DNA of 46,158 nucleotides. It comes from a virus. Below are positions 1 to 7,180 of this stretch, piece by piece. The notes under the pieces are model-generated. The model did no database searches, was not told the DNA's origin, and saw nothing but the letters and a program-made list of their open reading frames with translations. The stretch's first letter is position 1. Each line of letters begins with the position of its first letter. The stretch lies in the IMG/VR virus record IMGVR_UViG_3300010356_000385. One strand, 5' to 3'. A program made the position numbers and the translations under genes.

Positions 1-149
1 TCTAGTTCTTGTTCAAAATATTCTGTAATCTCCTGCATAACTGCAAATACTAATGGTCTGTCATCTCCTCTGACATAGTCAACTAAATTACACAACAACA
101 CATTTAGCTTTGTTCCTGTATTTTCTTTCTTCTCCATATTACTTATTGT
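1..149. repeat. Direct terminal repeat copy 1 (identical to 46010..46158)
   Basis: Base-by-base comparison shows 1-149 equals 46010-46158. This implies a circular or terminally redundant genome with a 46,009-bp unit. The copy duplicates the 5' end of gene 45559..46146. Confidence 0.9.
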
Positions 150-418
150 CTTAATTTAGATAAAACTCTGTTTAATGTCATACCTCCTATAAACCAGATA
201 TACTCCTCTACAGTTTTACAATCGTGGGTTATTTTTATATGTTTGAATTTCTCGGTATCACCCTTGTACTTCATACCCTCTATTATATTTACCGTTCTAT
301 CCCTTTCCTCTTCCCTTGCTTTGTCTAGTTCTTTCAAAACAAACTCTGTTAGCATATCTAAATCACTGTAATCTCCAATATAACTATTTAGCCTTTCCCT
401 TAGTTCTTCTTTCTTCAT
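143..418 (-). CDS. Hypothetical protein (91 aa)
   Basis: ATG-initiated ORF in the tightly packed leftward arm. It shares an ELDKAREE motif with the product of 45559..46146. Confidence 0.6.
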   Translation of the reverse strand: MKKEELRERLNSYIGDYSDLDMLTEFVLKELDKAREEERDRTVNIIEGMKYKGDTEKFKHIKITHDCKTVEEYIWFIGGMTLNRVLSKLRQ

Positions 419-431
419 AGTTGCTCTACTT

Positions 432-455
432 TCTCTATATAAATAAAATTAACTA
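432..455 (-). repeat. 24-bp exact repeat copy 1 (tctctatataaataaaattaacta)
   Basis: Identical 24-mer at 1078..1101. Both copies lie just upstream of a leftward gene start (in gene orientation) and contain TATATA. Confidence 0.8.
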
Positions 456-701
456 GTCTTCACTCATATCAGAATTCGCCGCCTCTTGTCTCCCAATTAC
501 GATACCAGCCTGTTTGCTTTCCTCAATCGTTCTCAGATATGCCCTCTTAGATAGGGTTATTGTTTCTATATCCGCTGTTTCAAAATCTTCAAATAACTCA
601 AGAACTCTGCGAACAGCCCTGTCTGGTATGTTTCCCGTTTCTTCGAGGAATATTTCTTTAATCATTGCTTCAACCTGTTTATTATGTGTTCTAATCTTCA
701 T
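453..701 (-). CDS. Hypothetical protein (82 aa from the internal ATG)
   Basis: The longest ORF extends to 797 but would overlap 691..1026 by 107 nt. The ATG at 701 gives an 11-nt overlap, typical of this arm. Confidence 0.55.
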   Translation of the reverse strand: MKIRTHNKQVEAMIKEIFLEETGNIPDRAVRRVLELFEDFETADIETITLSKRAYLRTIEESKQAGIVIGRQEAANSDMSED

Positions 702-1026
702 AGGTTTTACCAGACAAATTAGTTCTTCCTGTTTTCCAGTTCTTAACTCCATTTTTATACAGCTTATCAGAGTCTTTCGGAACATAAACAACGCCATCTT
801 TATATAGTCTACCCGATTTTCTTTCCACCATTATCCAGCCACAATTCACCATAAACTTTCTAAGAAGCCAATGTTTGATTTTTGTCAAAAACGGTTCGCT
901 TGTACTCTCGGAGAAAACTACAGTTCCCTTGTCCCAGTCTATGTCTACTCTCAAATATCCATAGTGCGTGACTCCTATGGACTCCTTTTTATAATCTTCA
1001 CGAATTATCTTTACAAATGGTTTCAT
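691..1026 (-). CDS. Hypothetical protein (111 aa)
   Basis: ATG ORF with a GGAG-like stretch (aggagcagggag) just upstream of the start. Confidence 0.6.
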   Translation of the reverse strand: MKPFVKIIREDYKKESIGVTHYGYLRVDIDWDKGTVVFSESTSEPFLTKIKHWLLRKFMVNCGWIMVERKSGRLYKDGVVYVPKDSDKLYKNGVKNWKTGRTNLSGKTYED

Positions 1027-1077
1027 CTCCCTGCTCCTTGCTTAAATTAAATTAACTTCATATCTCTTTTTTTCATA

Positions 1078-1101
1078 TCTCTATATAAATAAAATTAACT
1101 A
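1078..1101 (-). repeat. 24-bp exact repeat copy 2
   Basis: Identical to 432..455. It is preceded by the direct repeat ttcatatctct x2 (1056-1083). Confidence 0.8.
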
Positions 1102-1102
1102 A

Positions 1103-1398
1103 TCTTTAATAACTCGGTCTGGAGTGCCACGAGGACATTACCCTCTCCAATTCGTGTCCACCCGTCCCTAACAATGTATTAGTTATAGGTTTCGAAGTTC
1201 CACACTCCCCACCAAGCTATCAAAGAACATACTCAATGAGATACTCTATGTTTGAGACGAGATCGAAGACTCCATAGAGTACCTCACTCAATACCTTAAA
1301 GAACATACTCTGGCTGTTGATTTTACTTTCCATATATATCTGGTAGTAGGGACAACATTTGCCAACGTTTCACCCTCTTTACGTTGCACCATAAAGTC
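1103..1398 (-). ncRNA. Candidate structured RNA or 3' UTR downstream of rsr
   Basis: Part of a 372-nt ORF-free gap, far larger than the 10-60-nt spacers elsewhere. GAGTATGTTCTTT occurs twice on the minus strand. An 11-bp stem pairs GGTACTCTATG with CATAGAGTATC, and a GGAC..GTCC stem is also present. Confidence 0.3.
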
Positions 1399-2826
1399 TT
1401 ACTCTAGCACTATCGATTTAATATACTCAACCATAGAACCTCCTTTTTCATATATTCCAATAAAGTCTAATAGTCTATCCGACCAACCTGTTAAGTGTAT
1501 TACTCTTTGGCTTGAAATATCTTTAGTTCCGTATCCTTCAATATCTATTGCGTATACATAAGGATCTATTTTCATAATATTCTTATATTGGTTATACTGT
1601 GCTTGTGTACCACCTTCTCTTCCATACCAACCATAACTATCTGCCCAAGACTCGTTATCAGAAATTATGATTATTCTGTCGTATTCCTTTCTCTTGTCCT
1701 CTGCATATGCAAAAACTAAAGATGTATTTGTACCACCACCCCTAGCCTCCGATTGTATCTTCTTTGCTAAATCTATTACTGGCATTCTACTAGAAAATGC
1801 AAACTCGTAAACGCTTGTATCATAAAGAATTAGATCTGCATTTACGTTTGCCTTTGCCAACGTAGATCCAAAGATAGAAGCTATTTCCATTGGTCTTCCA
1901 CTCATTGATCCAGAACAGTCAATAGCTATCAATGTACTACCATTTAATTCTGGAGTATTGTCTACTGCATAATCCATAGCTACAGATATTGCGTCTGTTA
2001 ATTGTCTGTTTCCACTTACATTGTCGTATGCAGTAACAAACCTAAATGGTAATTGTTTAGACCTTTTAACCTCTTCTCTGTCTGTTAGCTTGGCTATAGC
2101 CTTATTTAGAACCTCTTGAGATACGTCGTTCTTAATGAGGTTGTTTAAATTTCTAAGTAATGCCATATATCCCATTTTGTTTTCTAGTATTAGCTTCTCC
2201 CAATTATCTTTCTTGTTCTCGGCGTTAGAAGATGAAATTACCGCCTCCCAAGTTTTACCTGTTGATTTCAAGTTTCCCTCAATCAAATCCTTCCAAGCCT
2301 TTTGTTGCTCTTCTGTCGCAAATTGAGGCTTTGGGTGAACCATATTAAATATGTCTACCAGTTTAACCTCCTTCTTTTCTCCTCTATATTTAGCTAGTTT
2401 GTATGGAGAGAATTTGTATAAAGCTCTTCTAATACCTCTTTTTACCTGCTTTGGTAGTTTACACTCTAAGTATGAAGCTAACTCTGTTAGATCATCAACC
2501 CTTGTAACGGTGTTTTTAATAGCCCTCATTACAAGATCATCTCCTTTGTGTATTTTGGCCAACTCTCCTAAGAGCACAGTTGATACACTTCTTAGATTGA
2601 ACTCTATCCTTGATACATACGCTAGGTTTGCGACAAAAACAGGATCGCACTTTGCGACCAAACCCTGTATTCTTGTGAGTCTGTTGTCTCCACTCTCGTA
2701 ATACTTGTCATCTAGAAATGTTGTTAGAACTGCGTGTAGCAATTCTTGCTCTGCGTTCATTTTAAACGCTTTTCCACCAGCTTTGTTGGTAGTGGTGTTG
2801 TCTACCTTTGTGTTAAATCTTGACAT
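1399..2826 (-). CDS. rsr: Ro60/Rsr orthologue (TROVE domain plus vWA domain), 475 aa
   Basis: Several strings align with Ro60 landmarks. MGYMALLRNLNNL matches MPLTALLRNLGKM and KQLPFRFVTAY matches ARIHPFHILIA. LIAIDCSGSM is a MIDAS DxSxS motif. GGGTNTSL, IIISDNESWA and LTGWSDRLLDFI also match. Confidence 0.9.
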   Translation of the reverse strand: MSRFNTKVDNTTTNKAGGKAFKMNAEQELLHAVLTTFLDDKYYESGDNRLTRIQGLVAKCDPVFVANLAYVSRIEFNLRSVSTVLLGELAKIHKGDDLVMRAIKNTVTRVDDLTELASYLECKLPKQVKRGIRRALYKFSPYKLAKYRGEKKEVKLVDIFNMVHPKPQFATEEQQKAWKDLIEGNLKSTGKTWEAVISSSNAENKKDNWEKLILENKMGYMALLRNLNNLIKNDVSQEVLNKAIAKLTDREEVKRSKQLPFRFVTAYDNVSGNRQLTDAISVAMDYAVDNTPELNGSTLIAIDCSGSMSGRPMEIASIFGSTLAKANVNADLILYDTSVYEFAFSSRMPVIDLAKKIQSEARGGGTNTSLVFAYAEDKRKEYDRIIIISDNESWADSYGWYGREGGTQAQYNQYKNIMKIDPYVYAIDIEGYGTKDISSQRVIHLTGWSDRLLDFIGIYEKGGSMVEYIKSIVLE

Positions 2827-3149
2827 AGATTTAATAATAAAAATTTAAGGGGAAAGTAAAGTACGGAAATAACGAGCATCACGTTGTGCTTCATGACCAG
2901 AAGTAACCGTACTTATTACCACCCATTAAGGAGGAAAAAGGTGGAACAGCACGTTTTGAATCCGCAGTTCGAAGTATCTGTTCCTTTACCCTCCTTAGCG
3001 AGAGGTAATAGGGGTAAACGAGGTCGGTAATATATGACTTGTATATATTAGACAAGGAATTAATGTCTCCCGACTTGGCACAGGCATTCACCTGTAGGAG
3101 TCGCCGAAGCGACAGTTTCAATGATTATTGAAGTAACCGACCTCTCACC

Positions 3150-3262
3150 ACCAGTTCAGTAGGGGCGAACAGTACAACAGCTTAAACCCTTTCGGGAGTA
3201 TAGGGATCGAACCTACTAATTTCTTGGAAAGAAATCTTAGCCAGAAGTATCTGTTGTTTCGC
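3150..3262 (-). ncRNA. Second, degenerate tRNA-like module
   Basis: On the minus strand there is a 7-bp hairpin ATTTCTT-TCC-AAGAAAT. A T-arm GTAGG-TTCGATC-CCTAT (3216-3200) follows, then a CCC-GAAA-GGG hairpin (3196-3187). The D-arm is not canonical. Confidence 0.4.
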
Positions 3263-3269
3263 ACCCCCT

Positions 3270-3398
3270 GATGTAGGGGTCAAGTGTTACAGTATATTTA
3301 GCGCTCTACCATCTGAGCTAACGCCCGAAGGCGTGTTGGATTTGAACCAACGACCTCTCCTTTATCATAGGAAGTAACTGTAACTTAACCCTACTAAA
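3270..3398 (-). ncRNA. yrlA: YrlA-type Y RNA candidate with a circularly permuted tRNA-like domain
   Basis: The minus strand reads AGGTC, then the T-arm GTTGG-TTCAAAT-CCAAC. Next is a closed acceptor hairpin ACGCC-TTCG-GGCGT, then TA, then the D-arm GCTC-AGATGGTA-GAGC (3356-3301). An imperfect long stem closes the module: GTAGGG/CCCTAC, AAG/CTT and TTACAG/CTGTAA (3394-3376 with 3296-3273). Confidence 0.7.
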
Positions 3399-3700
3399 CC
3401 AGTGGCGACCTTAATTTTAAAAGAACTGTTAGGTACTCTAAGACCCACACATTCACCACCTAGGCTGGTAATATGTGAGTTACCCGTTTGTACGAACAGG
3501 TAAAGGGCGACTTAGTAACGGTGTATAGCCTGAGTCCGTGTCCCTCCTTGTTCTGTATCCCTTTCACAGAGCACAGGTCGAGTTATATACCTCGCTATGT
3601 TGCGCTATACAGGTCTTACAATACCCAACTTTTAAAGAACTACTTTGTCCACTCTTGCCAAGTTTCTAGTAATATCTCGCCGATCATAGCAAGAAGACCA

Positions 3701-3741
3701 AAAACTATTGGGAGTACTACATACAAAAGGATTGGTACTCC
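3701..3741 (-). terminator. Intrinsic terminator candidate after gene 3768..4211
   Basis: 7-bp stem GGAGTAC..GTACTCC, followed on the minus strand by CAATAGTTTTT. Confidence 0.5.
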
Positions 3742-3767
3742 TACAATCACTAACAATATCGTCATAT

Positions 3768-4211
3768 TCAATATCTCTCATTAAATACAAAATAACCGCC
3801 TTTTAATTCTCTTTTTCGTCTAATTCTTTTAGTAGACTCGTCGGCGTCAAGATCTGGATTTAACTCTTGAACTTTTCTTCTAGCCCTAGTTATTGTCTCT
3901 GGCGTTGGACATATTAGAAAATTTTCATAATCAAGCATACCGTCTTTTAAGTGTCCCATACTCTGGTACACCGCCCATATTAGTCTCCTATCACTTGATC
4001 TTGCTTCTTTATCTTGTTCTAGTATCAACTTTACTAGATCATACATACTTCCTTTATTTGGCTTCCTGTATATGCTTTCTTTATTTTTCACTTCGGGTAT
4101 GTCTTCCCTAACATACTCTACTCCACAACCCTCCCCGCAGTCGCTACACCTACCTATAAACCCATTCGAGCCTATAACTTTAGCACCACAACAGTTACTT
4201 ACTTCGACCAT
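3768..4211 (-). CDS. Hypothetical protein with a Cys-rich zinc-ribbon-like N-terminus (147 aa)
   Basis: CCGAKV..CSDCGEGCG cysteine cluster and a basic C-terminal half. Confidence 0.65.
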   Translation of the reverse strand: MVEVSNCCGAKVIGSNGFIGRCSDCGEGCGVEYVREDIPEVKNKESIYRKPNKGSMYDLVKLILEQDKEARSSDRRLIWAVYQSMGHLKDGMLDYENFLICPTPETITRARRKVQELNPDLDADESTKRIRRKRELKGGYFVFNERY

Positions 4212-4215
4212 AGTA

Positions 4216-4398
4216 TTAACTTGTTATTTTAATTATGAACCTTTCCCTTTCCTCAGCGACCTTTTGAGTTCCAAGGAGGGGGAAAGATCCATCGGGTGGT
4301 ACTGCTAAACCACCTTGGGGTGATGGATCGTGTGTTAAAGAACTGTAGTTTTTAACTACGGGGATATTATACCACACTTGACCCTTGTAGTCAAACAT
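4216..4398 (-). CDS. Hypothetical protein (60 aa)
   Basis: ATG ORF that fills the gap between neighbouring genes, with an 8-nt overlap with the upstream gene. Confidence 0.4.
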   Translation of the reverse strand: MFDYKGQVWYNIPVVKNYSSLTHDPSPQGGLAVPPDGSFPLLGTQKVAEERERFIIKITS

Positions 4399-4579
4399 AT
4401 AGATTGTTAAGAACCAACCAGTCTTTCATAGCTCCGATAGCGGTATCTTTAGAGTATGCCCCTATTTTTACCACCCTCTCTCCCTCTTTGAGTAACTCCA
4501 TACTGAACCCTTCCTTTGCTTTGATCCATTGTATTTTGTAGTTACTCGGGATCTTCTTGTTGAGTTGTGTTATTGTCAT
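4391..4579 (-). CDS. Hypothetical protein (62 aa)
   Basis: ATG ORF in the operon. Confidence 0.5.
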   Translation of the reverse strand: MTITQLNKKIPSNYKIQWIKAKEGFSMELLKEGERVVKIGAYSKDTAIGAMKDWLVLNNLYV

Positions 4580-5186
4580 TTTGTTCTAATAATAATTTAA
4601 TTTCTTCCTCACACTCCCCGATCTTCTTAATCCAGTCTTCGGTGTATTTTAGTTTTTCTATCTCGTATGTACCGTCTGTTTTAAACACAACAAGGGCTAA
4701 TTTATCTGTCCCATTATCAGCGTATGAGTACATACTTGTTTGGTACGCAACCTTTTTGATCTTAGAAGAGTCTCTTTTATACTTCCCGTTCCAAGCTCCG
4801 TAGGTTTTACTATCACATAAATACTCTTCACCATCTATAATGACTTTCATATCATATGTACCTGCGTATCCGAACTCATCGCAATATACGGGTTGTTCAC
4901 ACGCAACTACTTTATATGCCCCTAGGAAGTCCTCTACGGCTGTTTTAAGCCCTGTTTCCTTGGCAATGGTACAAGGACTGTCCAATTCGCTAATTCCTAG
5001 CGTAGCGTTCTCTATCCACTCGCTAACCTTAGTCCCCATTCTCGCACTATCTCTTTTGATTTTCTCTGGATCGTGTCCATTGGCTTTGCACCATTTTTCA
5101 AATCCCTCATCGTTGAATGGAAAGAAAATATTAATAAGTTGTGTTACCGATATATAATCTTTCCCGTCTTTTGTATATCTTGCCAT
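4542..5186 (-). CDS. PD-(D/E)XK family nuclease (RecB/Cas4/YqaJ-like exonuclease)
   Basis: GTYDMKV..YLCDSKT fits the D..(D/E)xK core, and QTSMY fits the QxxxY motif. Confidence 0.6.
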   Translation of the reverse strand: MARYTKDGKDYISVTQLINIFFPFNDEGFEKWCKANGHDPEKIKRDSARMGTKVSEWIENATLGISELDSPCTIAKETGLKTAVEDFLGAYKVVACEQPVYCDEFGYAGTYDMKVIIDGEEYLCDSKTYGAWNGKYKRDSSKIKKVAYQTSMYSYADNGTDKLALVVFKTDGTYEIEKLKYTEDWIKKIGECEEEIKLLLEQNDNNTTQQEDPE

Positions 5187-5202
5187 CTGTGTTTCGTTAC
5201 AA

Positions 5203-5622
5203 TTAAAATGGTAAATCTATTTCCTCTTCTTCGTCTACTACTTCTTCTGGATAGTCTTCTTCTGCTACTTCCTCTAGTGTTTCTGGCTCTTTTCTGTTAG
5301 CTAATATGTTTTCTATTGCTTCTATTCTTTCTTCTAGATCATCAAGTCGGCTTGGAAATCTATAATTCCAAAAGATCTTGTCATCTACCTCCCTTTTACT
5401 TATTACTCCTGTTATTCTATCCCCAGTATTGAGTTGAAAATCGTTGGAGTAATCCATAAAAGAACACCACCCACTCCAATCTGTATCGTTTATTAGATCT
5501 TCACCCAGTTTGATACTTACTACAGTAAACGGCTTTTTATTCTTGTCTATATATGGCGTACCATCTTTTTTAGTAGACTTTTTGCTAATAGCTTCTATTG
5601 TTGTGTTAATTTTATGCTCCAT
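5203..5622 (-). CDS. SSB-like protein with an acidic C-terminal tail ending DLPF
   Basis: The N-terminal ~95 aa are basic and beta-rich. The tail EEDYPEEVVDEEEEIDLPF resembles the bacterial SSB tip DDDIPF. Confidence 0.5.
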   Translation of the reverse strand: MEHKINTTIEAISKKSTKKDGTPYIDKNKKPFTVVSIKLGEDLINDTDWSGWCSFMDYSNDFQLNTGDRITGVISKREVDDKIFWNYRFPSRLDDLEERIEAIENILANRKEPETLEEVAEEDYPEEVVDEEEEIDLPF

Positions 5623-5952
5623 TTATTTTTTATTATTTAATTTATATTTTTTTACTATCTCCCTAGCCTTGGCTAGTTTGTCTTCGTACTCTTGTCGTAC
5701 TGCTTCCACTTTAGAGTCCACCAATTTCTCTATCATCTTCTTTCCTTTGTTCACAAGTATCTTCTCAACCCTTTCTGCTAAATAATCGGCTTTCTTGTCG
5801 GCGATCTCTTGGTATCTATCCATATCCAACTCCTCTGATCCTATGGTAAAGCTAATGAACACACTAGCCTTGTCCTTGGCATAGGTATCATCAGAAAGTG
5901 GTATGTCGTACCCTATTGTTGTTTTTACTTCCTCATACTTCTTTTGCTCCAT
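5623..5952 (-). CDS. Hypothetical protein (109 aa)
   Basis: ATG ORF with a charged, coiled-coil-like C-terminal half. Confidence 0.6.
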   Translation of the reverse strand: MEQKKYEEVKTTIGYDIPLSDDTYAKDKASVFISFTIGSEELDMDRYQEIADKKADYLAERVEKILVNKGKKMIEKLVDSKVEAVRQEYEDKLAKAREIVKKYKLNNKK

Positions 5953-5974
5953 TAATCTATATTAACAATTTAAT

Positions 5975-6349
5975 CTATAATTCTGCTGTAAAATTACAAT
6001 AACCATTCTTCTTTATACAATCTCTGATCTTAATTCCCAGCTCCAACCTCGCATACCACTCCAAAAGATCAGGTATTTTTTCTATAGCAATTCCCGTTTG
6101 ATCGGCTATCATCTTTTCATTGTAAGTATTGTTTTTTGAAAAGTAATCATCTAGCTTCTTTTCATTTCTACCTAGAGCCTTTTTACACGCTTTAATCCCG
6201 TCTTCAACCCCGTCCAAATCACTTTCTCCATAGTAATAGCGTAACTCTTGAGTATCGTAACCATCAACTCCAAAAAAATCTGCGTCATCGCTAGACTGTA
6301 TGCCGAACCAAAACTTGCCCTCTATATCTCCACTATAATATCTACCCAT
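5975..6349 (-). CDS. Hypothetical protein (124 aa)
   Basis: ATG ORF in the operon. Confidence 0.6.
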   Translation of the reverse strand: MGRYYSGDIEGKFWFGIQSSDDADFFGVDGYDTQELRYYYGESDLDGVEDGIKACKKALGRNEKKLDDYFSKNNTYNEKMIADQTGIAIEKIPDLLEWYARLELGIKIRDCIKKNGYCNFTAEL

Positions 6350-6371
6350 AATAATAGTTTTAAAAATTTAA

Positions 6372-6677
6372 TTAGTAACCAATATAATCCCCGTCATTGT
6401 TAAACCCTACGGGTATACTGTCAGATCTTCCATAAACAATCGAACTTCTTACTCTCATTGGCTTGTCGCCAACTATCTCTACAAGGGTAAAACCCTGCTC
6501 TAACAACCTTTTAAGGACTGTAGATACAAGTGCATACCTCTTATCGGCCTCACTTGTTATTACCCGTCTTTCCTCTAGCGTATGGTCGTTATCAAACGAT
6601 ATTGTATATTCTGCCGAGGTATTGAGAATTTTGATAGTGGCTGTATAACCACGATCGTCTTTAAGATATATTAACAT
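6372..6677 (-). CDS. Hypothetical protein (101 aa)
   Basis: ATG ORF, the first gene downstream of the consensus promoter at 6710-6738. Confidence 0.6.
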   Translation of the reverse strand: MLIYLKDDRGYTATIKILNTSAEYTISFDNDHTLEERRVITSEADKRYALVSTVLKRLLEQGFTLVEIVGDKPMRVRSSIVYGRSDSIPVGFNNDGDYIGY

Positions 6678-6709
6678 AGTATTATTTATTTAATTTATTT
6701 TTACATTAC

Positions 6710-6738
6710 ATTATACCACGAACCATATGTAGTGTCAA
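6710..6738 (-). promoter_or_regulatory. Sigma70-type promoter with perfect consensus
   Basis: The minus strand reads TTGACA-CTACATATGGTTCGTGG-TATAAT, with a 17-nt spacer and an extended -10 TGn. Confidence 0.7.
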
Positions 6739-6739
6739 T

Positions 6740-6922
6740 CTACTTTGTAGGGTATATAATATAACCCTTAATCTCGTTTCCTTTGATGTCTTCTTCTACT
6801 CCAACCTTGAAAACGCCCTCGATCTCTTTAAACTCGCTTCCCTTGTTGTCTATAGAGATATGTATCTCGGCATTGGAGTAAGGTATAGACTTTAATATAT
6901 TAATCAATTCTATCACTTTCAT
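6740..6922 (-). CDS. Hypothetical protein (60 aa)
   Basis: ATG ORF. Confidence 0.5.
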   Translation of the reverse strand: MKVIELINILKSIPYSNAEIHISIDNKGSEFKEIEGVFKVGVEEDIKGNEIKGYIIYPTK

Positions 6923-6932
6923 TGTTTAGTTT

Positions 6933-7157
6933 TTACAATTTAACAAACCCGATTGACTGGTATGTCTTAATGGTAGAGGTGTACTCTTTCTCTATCCCCT
7001 TTGCCGTATAGCCCGTGGATATTCTCTTGATCACCCCGTCTTTAATTCTGACAACATAGTATTTATTATCGGCCTCCTCTATCGTGATCAGAAGTTTTTC
7101 GTTTGATTTTGGAAACTGTAATATATCACTACATCTGTCTTTTTGTTTTTTATTCAT
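6933..7157 (-). CDS. Hypothetical protein (74 aa)
   Basis: ATG ORF. Confidence 0.55.
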   Translation of the reverse strand: MNKKQKDRCSDILQFPKSNEKLLITIEEADNKYYVVRIKDGVIKRISTGYTAKGIEKEYTSTIKTYQSIGFVKL

Positions 7158-7180
7158 AGTGTTTAATTTAAAATTTAATT

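Larger units (their letters stand above)
2827..3700 (-). ncRNA. Y-RNA-like non-coding locus upstream of rsr (several structured modules)
   Basis: About 870 nt without a credible ORF. It holds tRNA-like T-arms, UUCG and GAAA tetraloop hairpins, and a repeated motif C(A/G)G(A/T)TACTTC five times. The GGTGGT..CGGTTACTTC block is duplicated. Confidence 0.6.

Noticed and set aside
143-418. Possible paralogy between 143..418 and 45559..46146 (shared ..E(F/Y)..(K/Q)ELDKAREE.. and about 35 nt of DNA similarity)
   Set aside because: The similarity is confined to a short charged helix, which is not enough to claim duplication. It is noted only as a motif.
2891-3784. Track ORFs 2891..3121 (-) and 3488..3784 (+) inside the region upstream of rsr
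   Set aside because: They overlap tRNA-like arms and tetraloop hairpins, have odd composition, lack plausible starts in operon context, and one is on the wrong strand for this arm. The region is better explained as non-coding RNA.
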